A stretch of 64,000 nt of DNA from the human T2T-CHM13v2.0 reference genome, Homo sapiens: assembly GCF_009914755.1 (NCBI RefSeq), contig NC_060938.1. One strand, 5' to 3'. The first letter of the stretch is position 1; the number at the start of each line of letters is the position of its first letter. The notes below the pieces were generated by a model. It had not been told where the DNA came from, did not search any database, and saw nothing but the letters and a program-made list of their open reading frames with translations. Both the position numbers and the translations under genes were made by a program. Shown one piece after another: positions 42,545 through 64,000 of this stretch.

Positions 42545-42725
42545 TATGTCTACATAAAAAGAATGACAGCAATAATATGAGAGATAAGAGAAATAAATTA
42601 CATTTATTTTTATAAGACAATTATACTACCCATGAAGTGGCATACTGTTATTTGAAAGTGAACTTAGATTATTTGTAAATGTATATTGCAAAATGTAGGG
42701 CAAATACTAAAAAAAGTTTCTTAAA

Positions 42726-45639
<2,914 letters not shown>

Positions 45640-46491
45640 GCCATATTTTTTAATGTGTTTAATCTCACTGCTTATAACCTATTTTCCCACATATAAACAC
45701 CACTACAAAGCTGCTGAATTTCTGATAATATGATATTTATATCCCATGACATCTCATGACAATGTCAATTTCTATTTCACATGAAATTCACACAAATCTG
45801 TAGGTTAAACACAAAAGTATAAATTACTAAAGTGGTTTGTCAATAAGAAAAAACATTGCCCACTAAAACTTAGTAGCAGAAGAAAAAGCAAGAGACAAAA
45901 CCACTACCTCAAACTATTTATGTTGTTTTTTAAATTGCTTTTCTTCTTTCTTTGTTTTATCCTGCTTAAAGTGTCTTTAATTTGATTCTTTAGATTACTT
46001 TGCCCTCTTTTTTTTTGATAATGTGTATATTTTAATTCCATTGTTGGTAAACTATTACTTGCAAAATTAAATGTATCTTTATGCAAAATTTCATATGCAT
46101 ATCCATAATAAGAAAGAAATTTACAATGATATTACTAAAAATTCTGAATATCACTTGTCTTATTGTTTTGCATTTTAGTCAGCTATATTGTATTTGTTTT
46201 GTTTTGCCTAAATGTCTTTTCTTATATGCAGTCCCACACACATGACATTTTCTCTAGGTTGGGATTAGGCTGGGAGTTAAAGTACATAAGCAAATGGCTT
46301 TCTGAATTTATACATACTTATATTTAAATCTTAGTTCAACAATCAGTAGATATGTAACATCAGGCAAATTTAAAATGAAATATAGAAATACCATGTATAC
46401 CAATACATATAAATTGAGATCAAAATGGCATGGTTATCTATAAATTCCCAGAAATAAAGATATATTTTCTTATGATAGAAACTTAACAAAT

Positions 46492-46807
<316 letters not shown>

Positions 46808-46929
46808 GAAACTCAATAAATGTTTATTAAACATTGAGTTATTACAGAATTTGTCATTAAAGAGCTGGAAGATAATTGAAAAAAAAAAAAAAAAAAACTC
46901 TACCAGCGTTGTTTAAGGTGTTACTTTTC

Positions 46930-47981
<1,052 letters not shown>

Positions 47982-49855
47982 TTACTTTTCAAGTGGAGAT
48001 TTCGACAAAGCTCAGAGAATATTTAAAGAATACCATTAATTTCTTTGGGTACGTACCCAAGGAACATTCACCCCTGAACTTAAAAGTTTTTTTTTTAAAG
48101 AATACCATTACATCTCAGAGTTGCACTCTTAAGCACAAGTTGAAATGAAATTTAATATAATGAATTTATTTCCTCTTTACAAACAAAATTGAGGCTTGGG
48201 AGTCTTCAGTTACTCAGAATGATTTATTTGTGTTAATTTCAATAATTTATAGGCAGATTTTTGCAATCCTCCTGTGGATAGATAGGTTAAGCACCATTTA
48301 GCACAAGGCACTGAAAAATAAGTAAAAACCATAATTCATTTCTACAGTAACGTTCTCCGCATTTGGCCTAGTGGATAGAAGACAATCAACATGTGCACCT
48401 TTGGAATAAAAAGCTTATGGTACTTATGTTTAACTCTTCTCCTGGGCCATGGTTGCCCATTTATTCCTCTCTTGCACCCTGGAGAGCTGTTAAGAGCAAG
48501 GTTTAGGGCTCAGAATATCAGGTTAGTAGAGCAGATTTGATGCCAGTGCAGTAGTGCCATTGTTAGATTAGGCTCTGACATTGTATAACTTCTCATCCTG
48601 CTCAAACTCCATTATCTCTGTTCTTTTAAGTTGCACAGATTTTTCTAATGTCCATAGTTCTTCCCTGAGAACATGGGTCAATGAAGTAATTTCTCCAGTC
48701 TCTTTTTTTGCTTTTAAGAATGAGAAGAAGGGAGATAATGTATGTTTAGCTCCACTCTTTCATATCATTTAAAGATATTGGTTTAATAAGTGAAAAAAGA
48801 AAACTTTCCTCTTTCTGGGTCATCTTGACCAGCATAAAATTATTTTTGATTCATGACACATATTGAGCCCAAAATACACTTGCTATAAGAATGTTAAACA
48901 TTAAAGTGACCTTGGCTCTTCTTTTACTAAGGAAACCATCTGTAGAGGGAAATTACATATGCAGACTGAAATCAACTTCAACACCTTTTCTTTTCCTAAA
49001 TTCAAATTTAGATAATCACGAACTTTAAAAACAAATACTTTATGTTTATAAAATTTGTTAATGACATCATTCTATGCATCCACCTAAATATTTTCTACAC
49101 ATTATTCAGCCATTTTATTTTATTTTAAACTTTGTACACCATATTTTATTGAGCATAAAGAACCCAAACTATTCTCAAACAGCAAAATAATATACAATCT
49201 ATTTTTATGCTAGCCCAATTAACTTTGGCTAGGAATATCTTTCCAGTGTAAAAGAATATAACCCTTAAACACACAAGATGTTACTTTAAGTTTAACATGA
49301 CCATGAAAATGTTGCTATCAAATTATAAAGCCACTGGTCTATTTCCTCACAATCTCTTTGATTCTCATTATGAGATTCTTCTTGTATAAAATTCGGCCAG
49401 ATGGCTGAGGGAATCAAAAAGATGTCCAGCTTATAGTTTACAGTTTCCTGTTGACTGTTGTTGAGGAAAATAGTACATTTTGCCATGTAAAATCATCCTA
49501 TTGTTTCAGAAACTTAGATGTACCTTTTCCTACAAAATTTAAGTAAAAAGTAAAAACATACCTCCTAATTTCAGGTAATATTTATTAATCAATTATGCTA
49601 GGATATATACCTCTTGCTAAAATATTGAAAATGTAAGAGAATTTTAAAGAAAAATAATAAAATGTGCTTTTTTATTTTTTATCTAAAAATATAGGTAATA
49701 TTTTTCAGAAGGCAGGGAATTTAAAATGACTTAAAGAAACATCTGATGTCACTTTTTAGACAGTATGTCAGCAAATTCTAAGAATTGATGCTACAGTAGT
49801 TAAACAATATGATTAGTTGGGGAGGGAACCTTCACTATGACTTTTAATGGAAGCT

Positions 49856-50449
49856 GTATTAATCAGGGTCCAGTGAATGAAAAAGACACTGTACTAATTA
49901 TTTTAACAGGAAAAAATGTAATATAAGGATTTTCAAAATATAAATATTTTGAAAGTAGGCAGAGGCCAAAAAGAACATGGAGATAACACCAAAATGCTAA
50001 TGCAGAGAGCAGTTTTTACCTCTAGTTTGGGGAGTAAAGAGAAAATATTAGAATTGTTGAATTTAATAGCTTGAAGGAAAAATTCTCTGGAGGTGGACAC
50101 AGACCTCTAAATAAAAGGTGCTACATGGTTGCTTCTGGTGCCTCTGGAGAGTGTTACCTGGTTAGTTATTCAAGTGCTAGTAAGTAACTGGATATGCAAA
50201 TCAATCAACACTGGAACTAACTGCTACAGTCAATAAGCAAACTAACAAGAAAAGGCAAATCCTATTTTACCCCTTCTGTCTTCTAATCTCCTTCTGGTAC
50301 TCCATATTGGAAGAGCCTAACAGGAAGCTAACTGACAAATCAAAAATATATTAAGAATTTACAGAGTCTTATCCTTTAGTACCCCAATCAGTTGTACAGG
50401 AGTGTGGGTTTGGAGTTGATCTTAGAGAAATAGTTTAATAATCTTCACA
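49856..50449 (-). mobile_element. LTR41-like ERVL solo LTR
   Basis: 'tgtattaatcagggtcca' ... 'gtgggtttggagttga...tttaataatcttcaca' resembles the recalled consensus. Confidence 0.6.
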
Positions 50450-50479
50450 TAAACTGTAAAGAAAAATCACATATCTCAT

Positions 50480-50940
50480 TATCGTGGTTTTCTATAAATT
50501 TAATCCTTTTTCCTCCTTCTCAAATGCAGCTGAATTAGTTCAGTCTTCATCATTATATTTTTTAGAAAGCATAATAGCCTAATTGGTCTTCCTTTATTCC
50601 TTCTCACCATTCCTGATCCATTCTTCATGCCAATGTCAAATGTCAGAGTAATCATTATAAAACACATGCCTGTCCATATCATGTCTCTGCTCACATAATT
50701 CCATGACACAACTTTCCCATCAAACTGTGTACCTTTGCCAAATGTGTATGTTTCATTTCAGTTCATAACTCAGCATTTGATTCACTCCTAATCCATACTC
50801 CAGTCATATCAAGCCATCTTTTTCATGCTCCACGCCCCCACATGTTTTCTATATGTTCTTTCTAAAATGCATTTCTTCTCCTTCTGTCCCTTAACTTACA
50901 TGCTTTCAGCCTCAGCTTAATGGTCAGCTCCGCCGGAAAG
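50480..50940 (+). mobile_element. L2 remnant
   Basis: 'ataatagcctaattggtcttcc', 'cagagtaatcattataaaacaca...catgtctctgctca'. Confidence 0.6.
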
Positions 50941-51381
50941 ACTAATTACGTTCATGGGTTGCTTAAAAACTGGGATACATTCCGAGAAATGCATCACTAA
51001 GGGGATTCTGTTTTGGGGCAAATATAGATTTTACTTACACACCTAGATAGTATGGTCTAATACACAGCTAAGCTATATAGTATGGTCTATTGCTTCTATG
51101 CTACAAACTTGTACAGCATGTTACTGTATTACATACAGTAAGCAACTACAACACAATGGTAAGTATTTATGTATCTAAACATAGAAATGGTAAAACAAAA
51201 GTATGTTATGAAGATTAAACAATTGTACACATATATGGGGTACATGCAATAAATGGAGCTTGCAGGACTGGACATTGCTCTGGGTGAATCAGTGAGTGAG
51301 AGGTAAGGGAATGTGAAATCCAAGGATATTATTGTACAGAACTGTAGGCTTTATAAACACTGTATACATAAGCAATGCTGA

Positions 51382-51690
<309 letters not shown>

Positions 51691-52806
51691 TATTTTAAAC
51701 ATTTTTAAACAATAAATTAATCTTTGCTTCCTATAACATATTTACTGTATACGCTTTTTAATTTTTATAATTTTTAAACTTTTGGACTTTGTAATAACAC
51801 AGCTTAAAACACAAACACATTGTACAGCTGTAAAATATTTTCTTTATATAATTATTCTATATAGTTTTTCTATTTTTTAATTTTTTAATTTTTTTTACTT
51901 CTTAAAATATCTTCTTGAAAACTAAGACAAATTCACACACATATGCCTAGGCCTACACAGGGTCAAGATTGTCAATATCACTGTCATCCACCTCCACATT
52001 TTGTACCACTAGACGGTCTTCAAAGACAATAACACACATGGAGATCTTATCTCCTATAATAACAGTGCCTTCTTCTGGAATACCTACTGAAGGACCTGAC
52101 TGAGGCTCTTCTTGAGAGGGTGAACACTTTGCAGAATATGTCCATGGTGGTTGGTTTCTTTCTTTGAATCATAGATTTGATTGAAAGCAGATAATATGCC
52201 ATGAATAGTCCCCTCTATTAATGACAAATTTTCTGTGTTAGGGTCCATGTTTTCAAACTTTTAAGGAAGTTGGTGAGTACCGCAAAAACTTCTGCTAAAC
52301 AATTCGCTGTGAATTTTAACAGGGTTTCTTATTTTTCTTCTCGTGCAGTTTCCTTTTCTCTTACCTCTTGCTCAGCATTGCATTCCTTTTCCAGTTCCAA
52401 TAACTCCTCATTAGTCAGCTCCTCAGAAACCACCTATAGATGCTCCTCAATGCCATCTTCATCCACACCTGAGTTAAAGTTGCTTGCCATTTCAACCTTG
52501 TTGATTTTTGCAACCTCCTTATCCTTGGAAAATCCTTTGACATCATAGACAACCCCTAAGTGTCTTCTTTCAGATGCCATTTATACACCACTTGATGACA
52601 TTAACCTAAGGCTAAGCAAGGTTCTTGATGGAATCATAGATGTAGTAATCCTTTCAGAATTACATCAATATCTTTGCAGTGTCTTCTTCAATTGCAGAAA
52701 TAGCCTGGGCAAAGATACTCCTGAGGTAGTAGAACTTAAATGCTGTTTTAACTCCTTGATGTATTGGTTGGATCAAAGAGGTGGTATTTAGAGGGAGAAA
52801 CACCAC

Positions 52807-53286
52807 TTAGATATTGGGATGGAGATCACCAATTAAAGAAACATGTGCAGGAACATTATTAACAGTAAGCAAACTCTTGAAAGGTATGTTTTTCTCTAAA
52901 CAATACTCTATTTTGCTGTGATAGCAATTGAGGAAAACATCTTGGAAGAGAAATTGGGTCATCTCATGACTTCTTGTTGGTCCTGTAGCTGGCAGTGTGT
53001 GTTTACTTGTATGCTTGAAGGCCCCAGGGTTTGTCCAGTGCCAGATCACAAAGGGTTTGAATTTGTAGCCTGAAATATTGCCCCCAAGCAAGACTTTTAT
53101 CCTGTTCTTAAAAGGCTTGAGACCTGACATTGACTTGGCCTCCTTATGGATGAATATCTTTTTCAGCATCCATTTCCAGAATAGGGAGCGTTCATACACA
53201 TTGAAGATTTGCTTTGGCAAGTAAATTTCCTCCACAATTAGCTTATCTAGGGTTTCTAAATTCTCCAGCTGCCTTAACATTAGCAC
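52807..53286 (-). pseudogene. Decayed pogo/Tigger DDE_1 transposase fragment
   Basis: QIFNVYERSLFWK (decayed FNxDETxLFWK), RIKVLLGGNISG, KSLLTVNNVPAH (decayed LLxxDNxPxH); catalytic Asp residues lost. Confidence 0.85.
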
Positions 53287-54241
53287 TCACAGACTCAGCA
53301 CTCACTTTCACATTATGTAATGAATAATGGTTCTGAATTGTTTAAACCACCCAGAGCTAGCAGTAAATTTAACATCTGACATCATAGTCAGATCCAGCCT
53401 TTTTTTTCAACATCACAAACTTTATACTTTGGCCATGATACTCAGCGTGCTGACAGGGATACATTTCTGTGTCTGGTATTCAATCCAGGTCATTAGAAGT
53501 TTCCCTATATCTGATAGAGGCCCTTTTCAAATTTGTGTTATTCTTCTTACCTTCAGTGAAGAAGTTCCTTTAACAGTCTCTGTCACTGTGTTCCTGTTTT
53601 TGAAGATTACAGCTATGGTGGAAGGGTACATACCTGACTATAACCATTCTTAATTTTCTATTTTCATAATTCTTAATCAATTTAATCTTATTTACAGGTC
53701 AATCACTAGATGTGGCCTCTAACTAGCAATATTAGGGAAGATTTTGTACACTTAGGGGCCATTATAAACAAAACAACAGAAATTAAATTTAGTACAAAAA
53801 AGAATAATTCAATCAAGAAATGTAGTAAACACAAAATGTATGAGACTGCAGCTAGTATAATGGGATAAGCTTTCTGGTAAACTTTTTGTAAAGTAGAATG
53901 AGTATCCTCTAAGATAATGATAAAAGTATAGTATAGTAAATACATTAACCAGTAACATAGTCATTTATTATCAGTATCAAGTATTATGCACCATACCTGA
54001 TTGTGTGCTCTATACTTGTATGACTTACAGCACAGTATGTTCATTTACACCAGCATCACCACAAACATGTGAGTAATGCCTTTCACTAAGATGATATCTT
54101 GGCTACAACGTCAGTAGGTGATAGGAAGTTTTCAGCTTCACTATAATCTTATGAGACCACAGTTGCATATGCAGTTCATCCTTGACCAAAAGATAGTTAT
54201 GCAGCAAATAACTTATATGTCAGACTATCTAGTACTCTCTC

Positions 54242-54727
54242 TGTCTTAGTCAGCTCTGTCTACTCTAACAAAATACCAAAGACTGAGTAGCTTAAAAAAC
54301 AGACATTTATTTCTCACAGTTCTGGAAGCTAGGAAGTCCAAAATCATGGTATTGGCTTATTTAGTTTCTGGTAATGGCCCTCCTTTTGGCTTGCAGACTG
54401 CAGCCTTTTCCCATGACCTCACAAGGTACAGAAAGAGGGAGGGAGGGAGGAAAGAAGAGTGGGAGAGTAAGAGGGGGAGAGAAAGGGGAAGTGGTAGGGA
54501 AAAGGGAAGGGTGAGGGTGAAGGTGAGGGAGTGGGCAGCTGCACATGCCCTGGCATTTCTTCCTGTCCTCTTGTAAGGACACTAATTACATCATGGAGAC
54601 CCCACTTATTACTTTACATAAACCTAATTACCTCCCAAAGGCCACCCATCTAAATACAAATACATCACATCGGGGACTAGGCTTCAACAGGTGAATTAGG
54701 AAGGAACACAAATATTTAGCCCATAGC
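54242..54727 (-). mobile_element. MLT1A-like solo LTR with an internal purine-rich tract
   Basis: 'tttatttctcacagttctggaagctaggaagtccaa', 'cctaattacctcccaaaggcc'. Confidence 0.85.
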
Positions 54728-56203
54728 TGTCTTTGTGTACATTTTTTATTATAATGTACTACATATTTCTTCTCACATAACATAAAGGTGTTTCACAGCC
54801 CACAAAATTTAAGGTACAAAATTTGTCTTTAGTTTGTCATGACTTAACCCATAAAATAAAGTTAATTTAATCAGCTTCAGTTAAAACATTCATTTCTGTA
54901 GTTTCTCAGTCATTAGGATATACATTTAGCCAAGCTCAATATTTTATGTCCCTTTATTGACCTTATTCTTAGTGTAAGAACCAGGCAACAAAGAGAGTGA
55001 AGAAATTAGTCTCTATTTACCAATAATTTCTGAGTCTTACTTGATTATATCATTTTCCCTACTGAGATGAAAAATTTTGCCTTTGCGTCTTTACTCATCT
55101 AAATTCATCCCCACTGACCCCTCTGAAGCAGACATATTTGCAAATAACTTCTGGTTACTTGTGGCAACTGTGAAACAGCATTGCACCTATTATACCCCAA
55201 CATCAACTCTCCTTCATCTTAAACCATATGAAAAATAAAAATAAAACCAAAATGATTGCCCCCATTTCCTATTGAGAGACTATTCCTTCTAGAATTATGC
55301 ATGTCCACCTTTCATGATAGCATAGAGGGCTGACTCCATTCTATTTTCCTGTACTGTGGTGTCACAAGATGTTTTCATGCTTTTGCAAAACTTGTGGATC
55401 TACATTTAGAAAATGAAATATAGATTATAGATCCCTTTTAGACTTTGTCCTTTAAATTTTTATTGAGGTATTCTATGCTCATGTAAGAGGATTTGGCCCA
55501 AGGTGAACTTAATTATCTTTCTAACACCTAATGATTTTGCCTTTTCTCAGTTGTCTTATCTACATTTGTCTTAATCTGCCCAAATAAAAAAGTTTCAGCA
55601 GATGGGGAGAAAAGAAAGTTCATCCAGTATTAAATAAAAATGTTTGCCTTATTTTCATAGTTTATATTTTAAACTTGCAGGCCTCTAGAAGGCAATAGCT
55701 TTATTCTGTTGTTCCAGTCACAGGCCTTCCTGAGGCAATATATGCTTTTTTCCTTGTAGCAAAGGGGAAATCTTTGTGAAAATTACGTTTGTTGGGGTAA
55801 AGTAATAAGGAGAAATGCATTGACAGGGAAAACACCTGCTTCCCACAGCTTATATTGTGAGCTCTGTTGTCAAAAGATGACTAGTCCCTTCTTTTTCTCT
55901 CCCTCATTCATAATCTGATTAGTGACTTTGGAAAATAAACTGGGGTTAGACTGCTCAGCCCCTTCCTCAATTTTTCTTTACTGGAAAAGAGTGTGTCATA
56001 AACTGGCTAAAATAAACTATTTTCTATTTCTCCCAACATTAATTTTAAGGAAGCAGCTTTGTTCTGGTTCAGTGCTGGACTGGATGTATAATTCTATCCT
56101 GCTCTGTGGTTCAGCATGAGTCTACACATGGTAGATTCTCAAAAAAATGCTGATGGCTGCACCACCGTAGTTAAAATTTTTAAAAACCCAGCTGTCTGAA
56201 AAC

Positions 56204-56262
56204 GTGTGTGTGAGAGTGTGTGTATGTGTGTGGGTATATGGGTAAACATGTATGTGTGTGTG

Positions 56263-56295
<33 letters not shown>
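56204..56295. repeat. Imperfect (TG)n microsatellite
   Basis: Directly visible. Confidence 0.93.
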
Positions 56296-56299
<4 letters not shown>

Positions 56300-56946
56300 A
56301 TTCCAGAAAGTGCTAGGTTTCACTGGCAAGCAGATATGTGCCAAGTTGAAGTAATTTCTAAGCATCTTAGAGACATATAAAACACAGAGGATAAACATGT
56401 GCCTAACTTCTTAATTATTTTTTCTCTTTGTTCTTACATTTGTTATTTCTGTTCTGATTTATGATATTAGAAAATAGAGTTGTACTGGAAAATAAGGTTA
56501 AATAGGTTCAGTTTAACACCTCACTAACCACATTTTACAAAATAACATAAATTATGATAAGTCCATTCAGTCTTCCTAGTAAGATGCCGAGTTCCAGAAT
56601 GGATTCCAAATATAGGGATTTTTTTTTTTGTTAATTAGCCAATTAGAAATAATCAACTCCAATTGATATTAGCCTTTGCCAAAAGAGTGGCATTAGTTTT
56701 ATTTCTGATAATTAAAAAAAAACTTGAAAACAGCAGATTTAAATGATAGCATGGAAATAAAGCAGTATAAGTTATACAGAGAGAGATGTTTGTCCCTCTT
56801 TTTTGATTTACCTTTTTTAAATTATTAAATTTATACAAATTCACTTTAAGAATTGCCATCAATATAGAACTATTGAGAAGATTGAGATGTAAAATAAGAA
56901 AATTTAATTGTCCCTTTCATATAACTTTTGTTCAATAATACTACTT

Positions 56947-57314
56947 TGTATTAGTCTGTTTTTACACTGCTATAAAGATCCTACCTGAGACCGGGCAATT
57001 TATAAATAAAAAAGCTTTAACTGACTCACAGTTCTGTACGGTTGGGGAAACCAAGAAACTGAAAGTCGTGGTGGAAGGCAAAGGGGAAGTAGGTACCTTC
57101 TTCACAAGGCAGCAGGAGAGAGAGTGCACAAAGGGGGAACTGCCAAACAGTTATGAAAACATCAGCTTTCATGAGCACTCACTCACTATCATAAAAACAG
57201 CATGGGGCAAACTGTCCCCATGATCCCATCACCTCCTACCAGGTCTCTCCCCTGACATGTGGGGATTAAAATTCCATAAGAGATTTGAGTGTGACACAGA
57301 GCCAAATCATATGA
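56947..57314 (-). mobile_element. THE1D-like solo LTR
   Basis: tgtattagtc...gccaaatcatatga; perfect 5-bp TSD tactt (56942-56946 and 57315-57319). Confidence 0.9.
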
Positions 57315-57386
57315 TACTTCCTCCAGTCATAAACATTATTAACTCTATTTTTTTCAGAGACATCACCATACATTTATATGAGCATG

Positions 57387-57387
<1 letters not shown>

Positions 57388-57421
<34 letters not shown>
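57388..57421. repeat. (CA)n microsatellite
   Basis: Directly visible. Confidence 0.96.
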
Positions 57422-57426
<5 letters not shown>

Positions 57427-57714
57427 GCTTGAAATGTTTGTATTGTTTGTATGAGTGTTGGTATATATATTTGTATTATTTTCCTTTTATTTTACTTAAA
57501 TAATATTATTTTTATATATCTTTGAAAACAATTATCTATTCTCATTACATAACATTTCATTGGAAAATTCTCTATATCTAATAATAAAATATTCTATAGT
57601 GATGTAAAATCAATTAGAATGATTACTACATTGATGCAAAATTAGTATAAAATATTTTTATATTATGAATAATCCTAAAATGAACTTTCTTATAAATATG
57701 CATTATATGTGTAG

Positions 57715-57716
<2 letters not shown>

Positions 57717-57753
<37 letters not shown>
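57717..57753. repeat. (TG)n microsatellite
   Basis: Directly visible. Confidence 0.96.
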
Positions 57754-57758
<5 letters not shown>

Positions 57759-57997
57759 ATTTTCTGAGGGGAACTTAGAAGAACAATTGCATGGACAAAT
57801 TATATGCAATTTTTAATTTTATAATTTCTTTCAAATGGCATTTTTTAAAAGTTTTACTACTTTGCACCACCTAAGACAACATAGGAGTAGCTTTTATTCT
57901 GAACCCCAGAATGTACTGGTTTAAATCTATAGTTTCAAATACATTTTGCAAAACTGATGATGGCATAATGTTTGAATTTATTTTCCCTAATTTTTAA

Positions 57998-58322
<325 letters not shown>

Positions 58323-58397
58323 TTCAAATGCCATTTTTAACAGCTTTATTAAGGTAATAATAATACACAATACATAATAAATGACACATATTTAAAG

Positions 58398-60731
<2,334 letters not shown>

Positions 60732-60821
60732 CTTGTTTATTGATTTTTGTTTATATATTGGATTTGTATCTATAGCTTTCTGTTGTGGTACTCTATTGAT
60801 TGTCTTAAGTTATATCTTAAT

Positions 60822-61165
60822 GTTTTAAAAATAATTTTAACTTTTAGATTCAGAGGGTACATGTGCAGGTTTGTTACATGGGTATATTACATGATGTGGA
60901 GGTTTAGTATACAAAATATTTCTTTAGCCAGGTAGTGACCATAGTACCCAGTAGATAGTGTTTCAAACATCTCCCTCCATATTTCCTACCCTCTTTATTA
61001 GTCCCCAGTGTCTCCTGTTGCCATCTTTACGTCCAAGAGTACCCAGTGTTTAGCTCCAACTTATGAGTGATAACATATGGTATTTGGTTTTGTTTCCATG
61101 TTAATTCAGTTAGAATAATGGGCTCCAGCCACATCTTTGTTGCTGCAAATGACATGATATACATT
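60822..61165 (-). mobile_element. L1PA15/16-like 3' end
   Basis: 'tttagattcagagggtacatgtgcaggtttgttacatggg'. Confidence 0.85.
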
Positions 61166-61169
61166 TTAA

Positions 61170-62015
61170 CTTGTCACTATATACTTTCAGGTGATGTTAA
61201 TCTGCTTCATATGTAATATAAGCATTTTTCTGGTAGCTTTCGGTCTACGGTTGTAACACATTAGTTTTACTGGTTTTTGTTTCAGATAAATGATACACTC
61301 ATAGAATGAGGTGGATAGTACTGACACCTTTTCAAGTTTTTGGAAAAAGCATATCCAGAGTTGGTAGAATCCCCTCATAAATTTATTTGGACCTGAAGGC
61401 TCCTTCATGGGAATAATTTTTACTACAAATTCAAGTGCTTTATTTAATATAGGAACATACATGTTAATGTTTTCTTCTTGAGTGAGTTTTGGTAACTTGT
61501 GTATTTCAAACAGTTTATCCTTTTCACATATGTTGTTGAAATTGTGAGCATTAAATGATTTGTGATGTTGCCATACTATTCCCTTAATACCTCTGATTTT
61601 TAAATGTAGGCCTTTTATGTGACTCTGAATGTAGTCTGTCTTGATAAATGTTAATGACACTTAGAAAGAATGTATGTGGTGCCATAGTAATGGGGGAGTG
61701 TTTTAGAAATGTAAATTACCTCAATTTGATGGACAGTATTGATTAAAGCTTCTACATTATTAAAGATTGTCATCTATCTGCTCTATCAATTATTGAGAGA
61801 GAAATGTTTAAGCCATTGACCAAAATTATGAATTTCTACATTTTACTTCACATTCTTTTCAGCTTTTGCTTCACGTATTTTGAAGCTCTGGTCTGAGGTT
61901 TGTAATCATTTAAGATTTTATGCATTCTTGGTGAATTGAAATATTTATCATTAATAAATGACCTTCTATTCCCTGTTAATATCCCTTGCTATGAAATTAA
62001 TTTTGCCTGATTTTA
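61170..62015 (-). mobile_element. Old L1M ORF2 fragments
   Basis: ORF 61187-61660 contains LPKLTQEE...PSGPNKFMRGFYQ, resembling L1 ORF2. Confidence 0.75.
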
Positions 62016-62290
62016 ATTTTAAAAATCAGCTTTATTGAGATATAATTTTTGTATCATACAATTCACCCATTTGAAGCATATAATCCAATAGTTTTAAGTA
62101 TGCTCATGGAGTTGTTATGATCACCACAATAAATTTTAGAACTTTTTTATCACATGAAAAAGAAACACAACCATTAGCAGTCATTTGCCATTTCTCCCCA
62201 CCACATCATCTATCTTCTCCTCTCACAAATCCCTGCCTCCAGGCAGTCACTTATGTACTTTCTGTCTTTATATTTATGCTTATTTGGGAC
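62016..62290 (-). mobile_element. L1MB-type 3' end
   Basis: 'cagctttattgagatataatt...acaattcacccatttgaag'. Confidence 0.8.
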
Positions 62291-62294
62291 AACG

Positions 62295-64000
62295 TTTTAA
62301 AATATTTCTCTTATCTGACTGTAATTATATATTACTTGACCAACATCTCTCCTCCCCTCTAACCACTTATTCATCTGGTAACTATCATTCTAATTTCTAC
62401 TTCTATGAGATCAGCATTTTTAGATGCCACAATATGAGTGAGATCACATGGTATTTGGCTTTCTCTGCCTGGTTCATTTTACTTAACATAATGTTCTCCA
62501 GGTTCATCCATGTTATTGCCAATGAAAAGATTTTATTCTTTTTAATTTCTGAATAGTATTCCGTTGTATTTGTATACCACATTTGCTTTATCCATTCATC
62601 TGTAAATAGGTACGTAGGTGGATTTCATATCTTGACTATTGTGAAAAGTGCTGCAAGAAACATAAGGGTACAGAGATCACTTTGACATACTGATTTCACT
62701 TTCTTTAGATATATGCCCAGTAGTAGGACTGCTGTATGGTATGGTAGTTCTATTTTAATATTTTCAGGAACCTCTATACTGTTTTCCATAATGGCTATTT
62801 TAATTTACATTTCCACCTTCTCTCCATATCTTTGCCAACATTTGTTACCTTTTATATTTTTGATGATAGCGTTTCTAATAAGTGGGAGACTACATCTCAC
62901 TGTGGTATTGATTTGCATTTTTCTGATAATTAGTGATGTTGAGGATTTTTTCATATACCTGTTGGCCATTGGTATGAAATGCCTATTCAGGTATTTTGCC
63001 CATTTTTAAATTGGATTGTTTATTTTCTTGCTACTGAATTGTTTGGGTACTTTACAAATTTTAGATTTAACCTATTATCAGATGTATAGTTTGGAAATAT
63101 TTTCTCCCATTTTGTAGGTCGTGTCTCCACTTTGCTGGTCATTTCCTTTGCTCTGAAAAAGATTTCTGATTTGATGTAGTCTCATTTTTTCTATTTTTGG
63201 CTTTGTAGACTTTCTTTTGTAGTAAATTCCAATAAATTATTGCCTAAGCCTATATTATAAAACAATTCCCCTATGTTTTCTTCTAGAAGTTTTATATGTT
63301 CAGGTCTTAAAGTCTTTAATCCATTTTGAGTTGATTTTTGTATATGGTGAGAGATAAGCATGCAATTCATCTGCAAGTAGCTAGCCAGTTTTCATAACAC
63401 CATTTATTGAAAAGGTTGTCTTTTTCTCAGTGTATGTTCTTGGCACTTTTGTCATAAACTCGTTGCTTGTAAATGTGTTGATTTATTTCTGGGTTCTCTA
63501 TTCTGTTCTATTGGTCTAAGTGTCTGTTTTTATGCTGGTACCATGCTGTCTTGGTTACTACAGCTTTACGGAATGTTTTGAGTTCAGGTAGCGTGATGCC
63601 TTCAGCTCTGTTCTTTTGCTCAAGATTCCTTTAGCTATTCAGAGTCATTTGTGGTTCTGTATACATCTTTTCCATTTTCTGTATGATCATTTTCTCCATT
63701 TCATTTCTGTGAAAAATGTCATTAGCATTTTCAGAGAGGTTACACTGTAGATTGCTTTAAGTAGTATGAACACATTTACAATATTAATTATTCTAGTTCA
63801 TGAACAAGTAATACTTCCCTGTTTATTTGTATCTTCAATTTTTCCATCAGTGTTTTATAGTTTTCATTGTAGACGTCTTTCACTTCATCATTTAAAATTG
63901 TTAGCTATTTTACATATTTGTCGCTATCGAAATGGGATCGCTTTTTCCTGATTTCTTTTTCAGACAGTTTGTTATTAACACATAGAAACACTACTGATTT
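62295..64000 (-). mobile_element. L1MA-type 3'UTR/ORF2, running off the window
   Basis: 'tctggtaactatcattctaatttctacttctatgagatc', 'atgagtgagatcacatggtatttg'. Confidence 0.88.

Larger units (their letters stand above)
40190..42722 (+). mobile_element. Old L1M (MC/MD-type) 5' region, ORF1 and inter-ORF segment
   Basis: 'ggatgttgaaattatcagactgagtttttaaaacaactatgattactatac', 'ccaacctaggattctataacctg'. Confidence 0.8.

Noticed and set aside
50294-50310. CTCF site expected in LTR41-family elements
   Set aside because: The minus strand reads CCAATATGGAGTACCAG, which has lost the core GGGGGCGC of the recalled motif; unlikely to be functional.

Overview
AT-rich, CpG-poor primate genomic DNA, human or great ape judging by an AluYe-lineage element and L1PA2/PA3-class elements. 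It looks like a gene desert or deep intron and is dominated by transposable elements: L1s of many ages, about 11 Alus, MaLR/ERV solo LTRs (MLT1, THE1, MER52, LTR41-like), a near full-length Tigger3/Golem DNA transposon, L2 remnants and microsatellites. No protein-coding gene, RNA gene or CpG island is supported. The recognisable ORFs in the track are L1, Alu or transposase remnants, and the rest look like chance ORFs. I found no new gene system. What stands out is a dense, readable record of retrotransposition and DNA-repair events. (1) A young L1 has both a 5' inversion and a ~190-bp 3' transduction inside one TSD (9993-11805). (2) A second young inverted L1 has no TSD, appears to have deleted its target, and breaks at the same 5 nt of L1 as the first. 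(3) Several locally templated insertions or template-switch scars are present (4746-4784, 14108-14236, 35778-35902, 2611-2857). (4) A near-pristine AluYe5-like insertion may be polymorphic. Subfamily names come from recalled consensus sequences rather than a database search, and boundaries of old elements are approximate.
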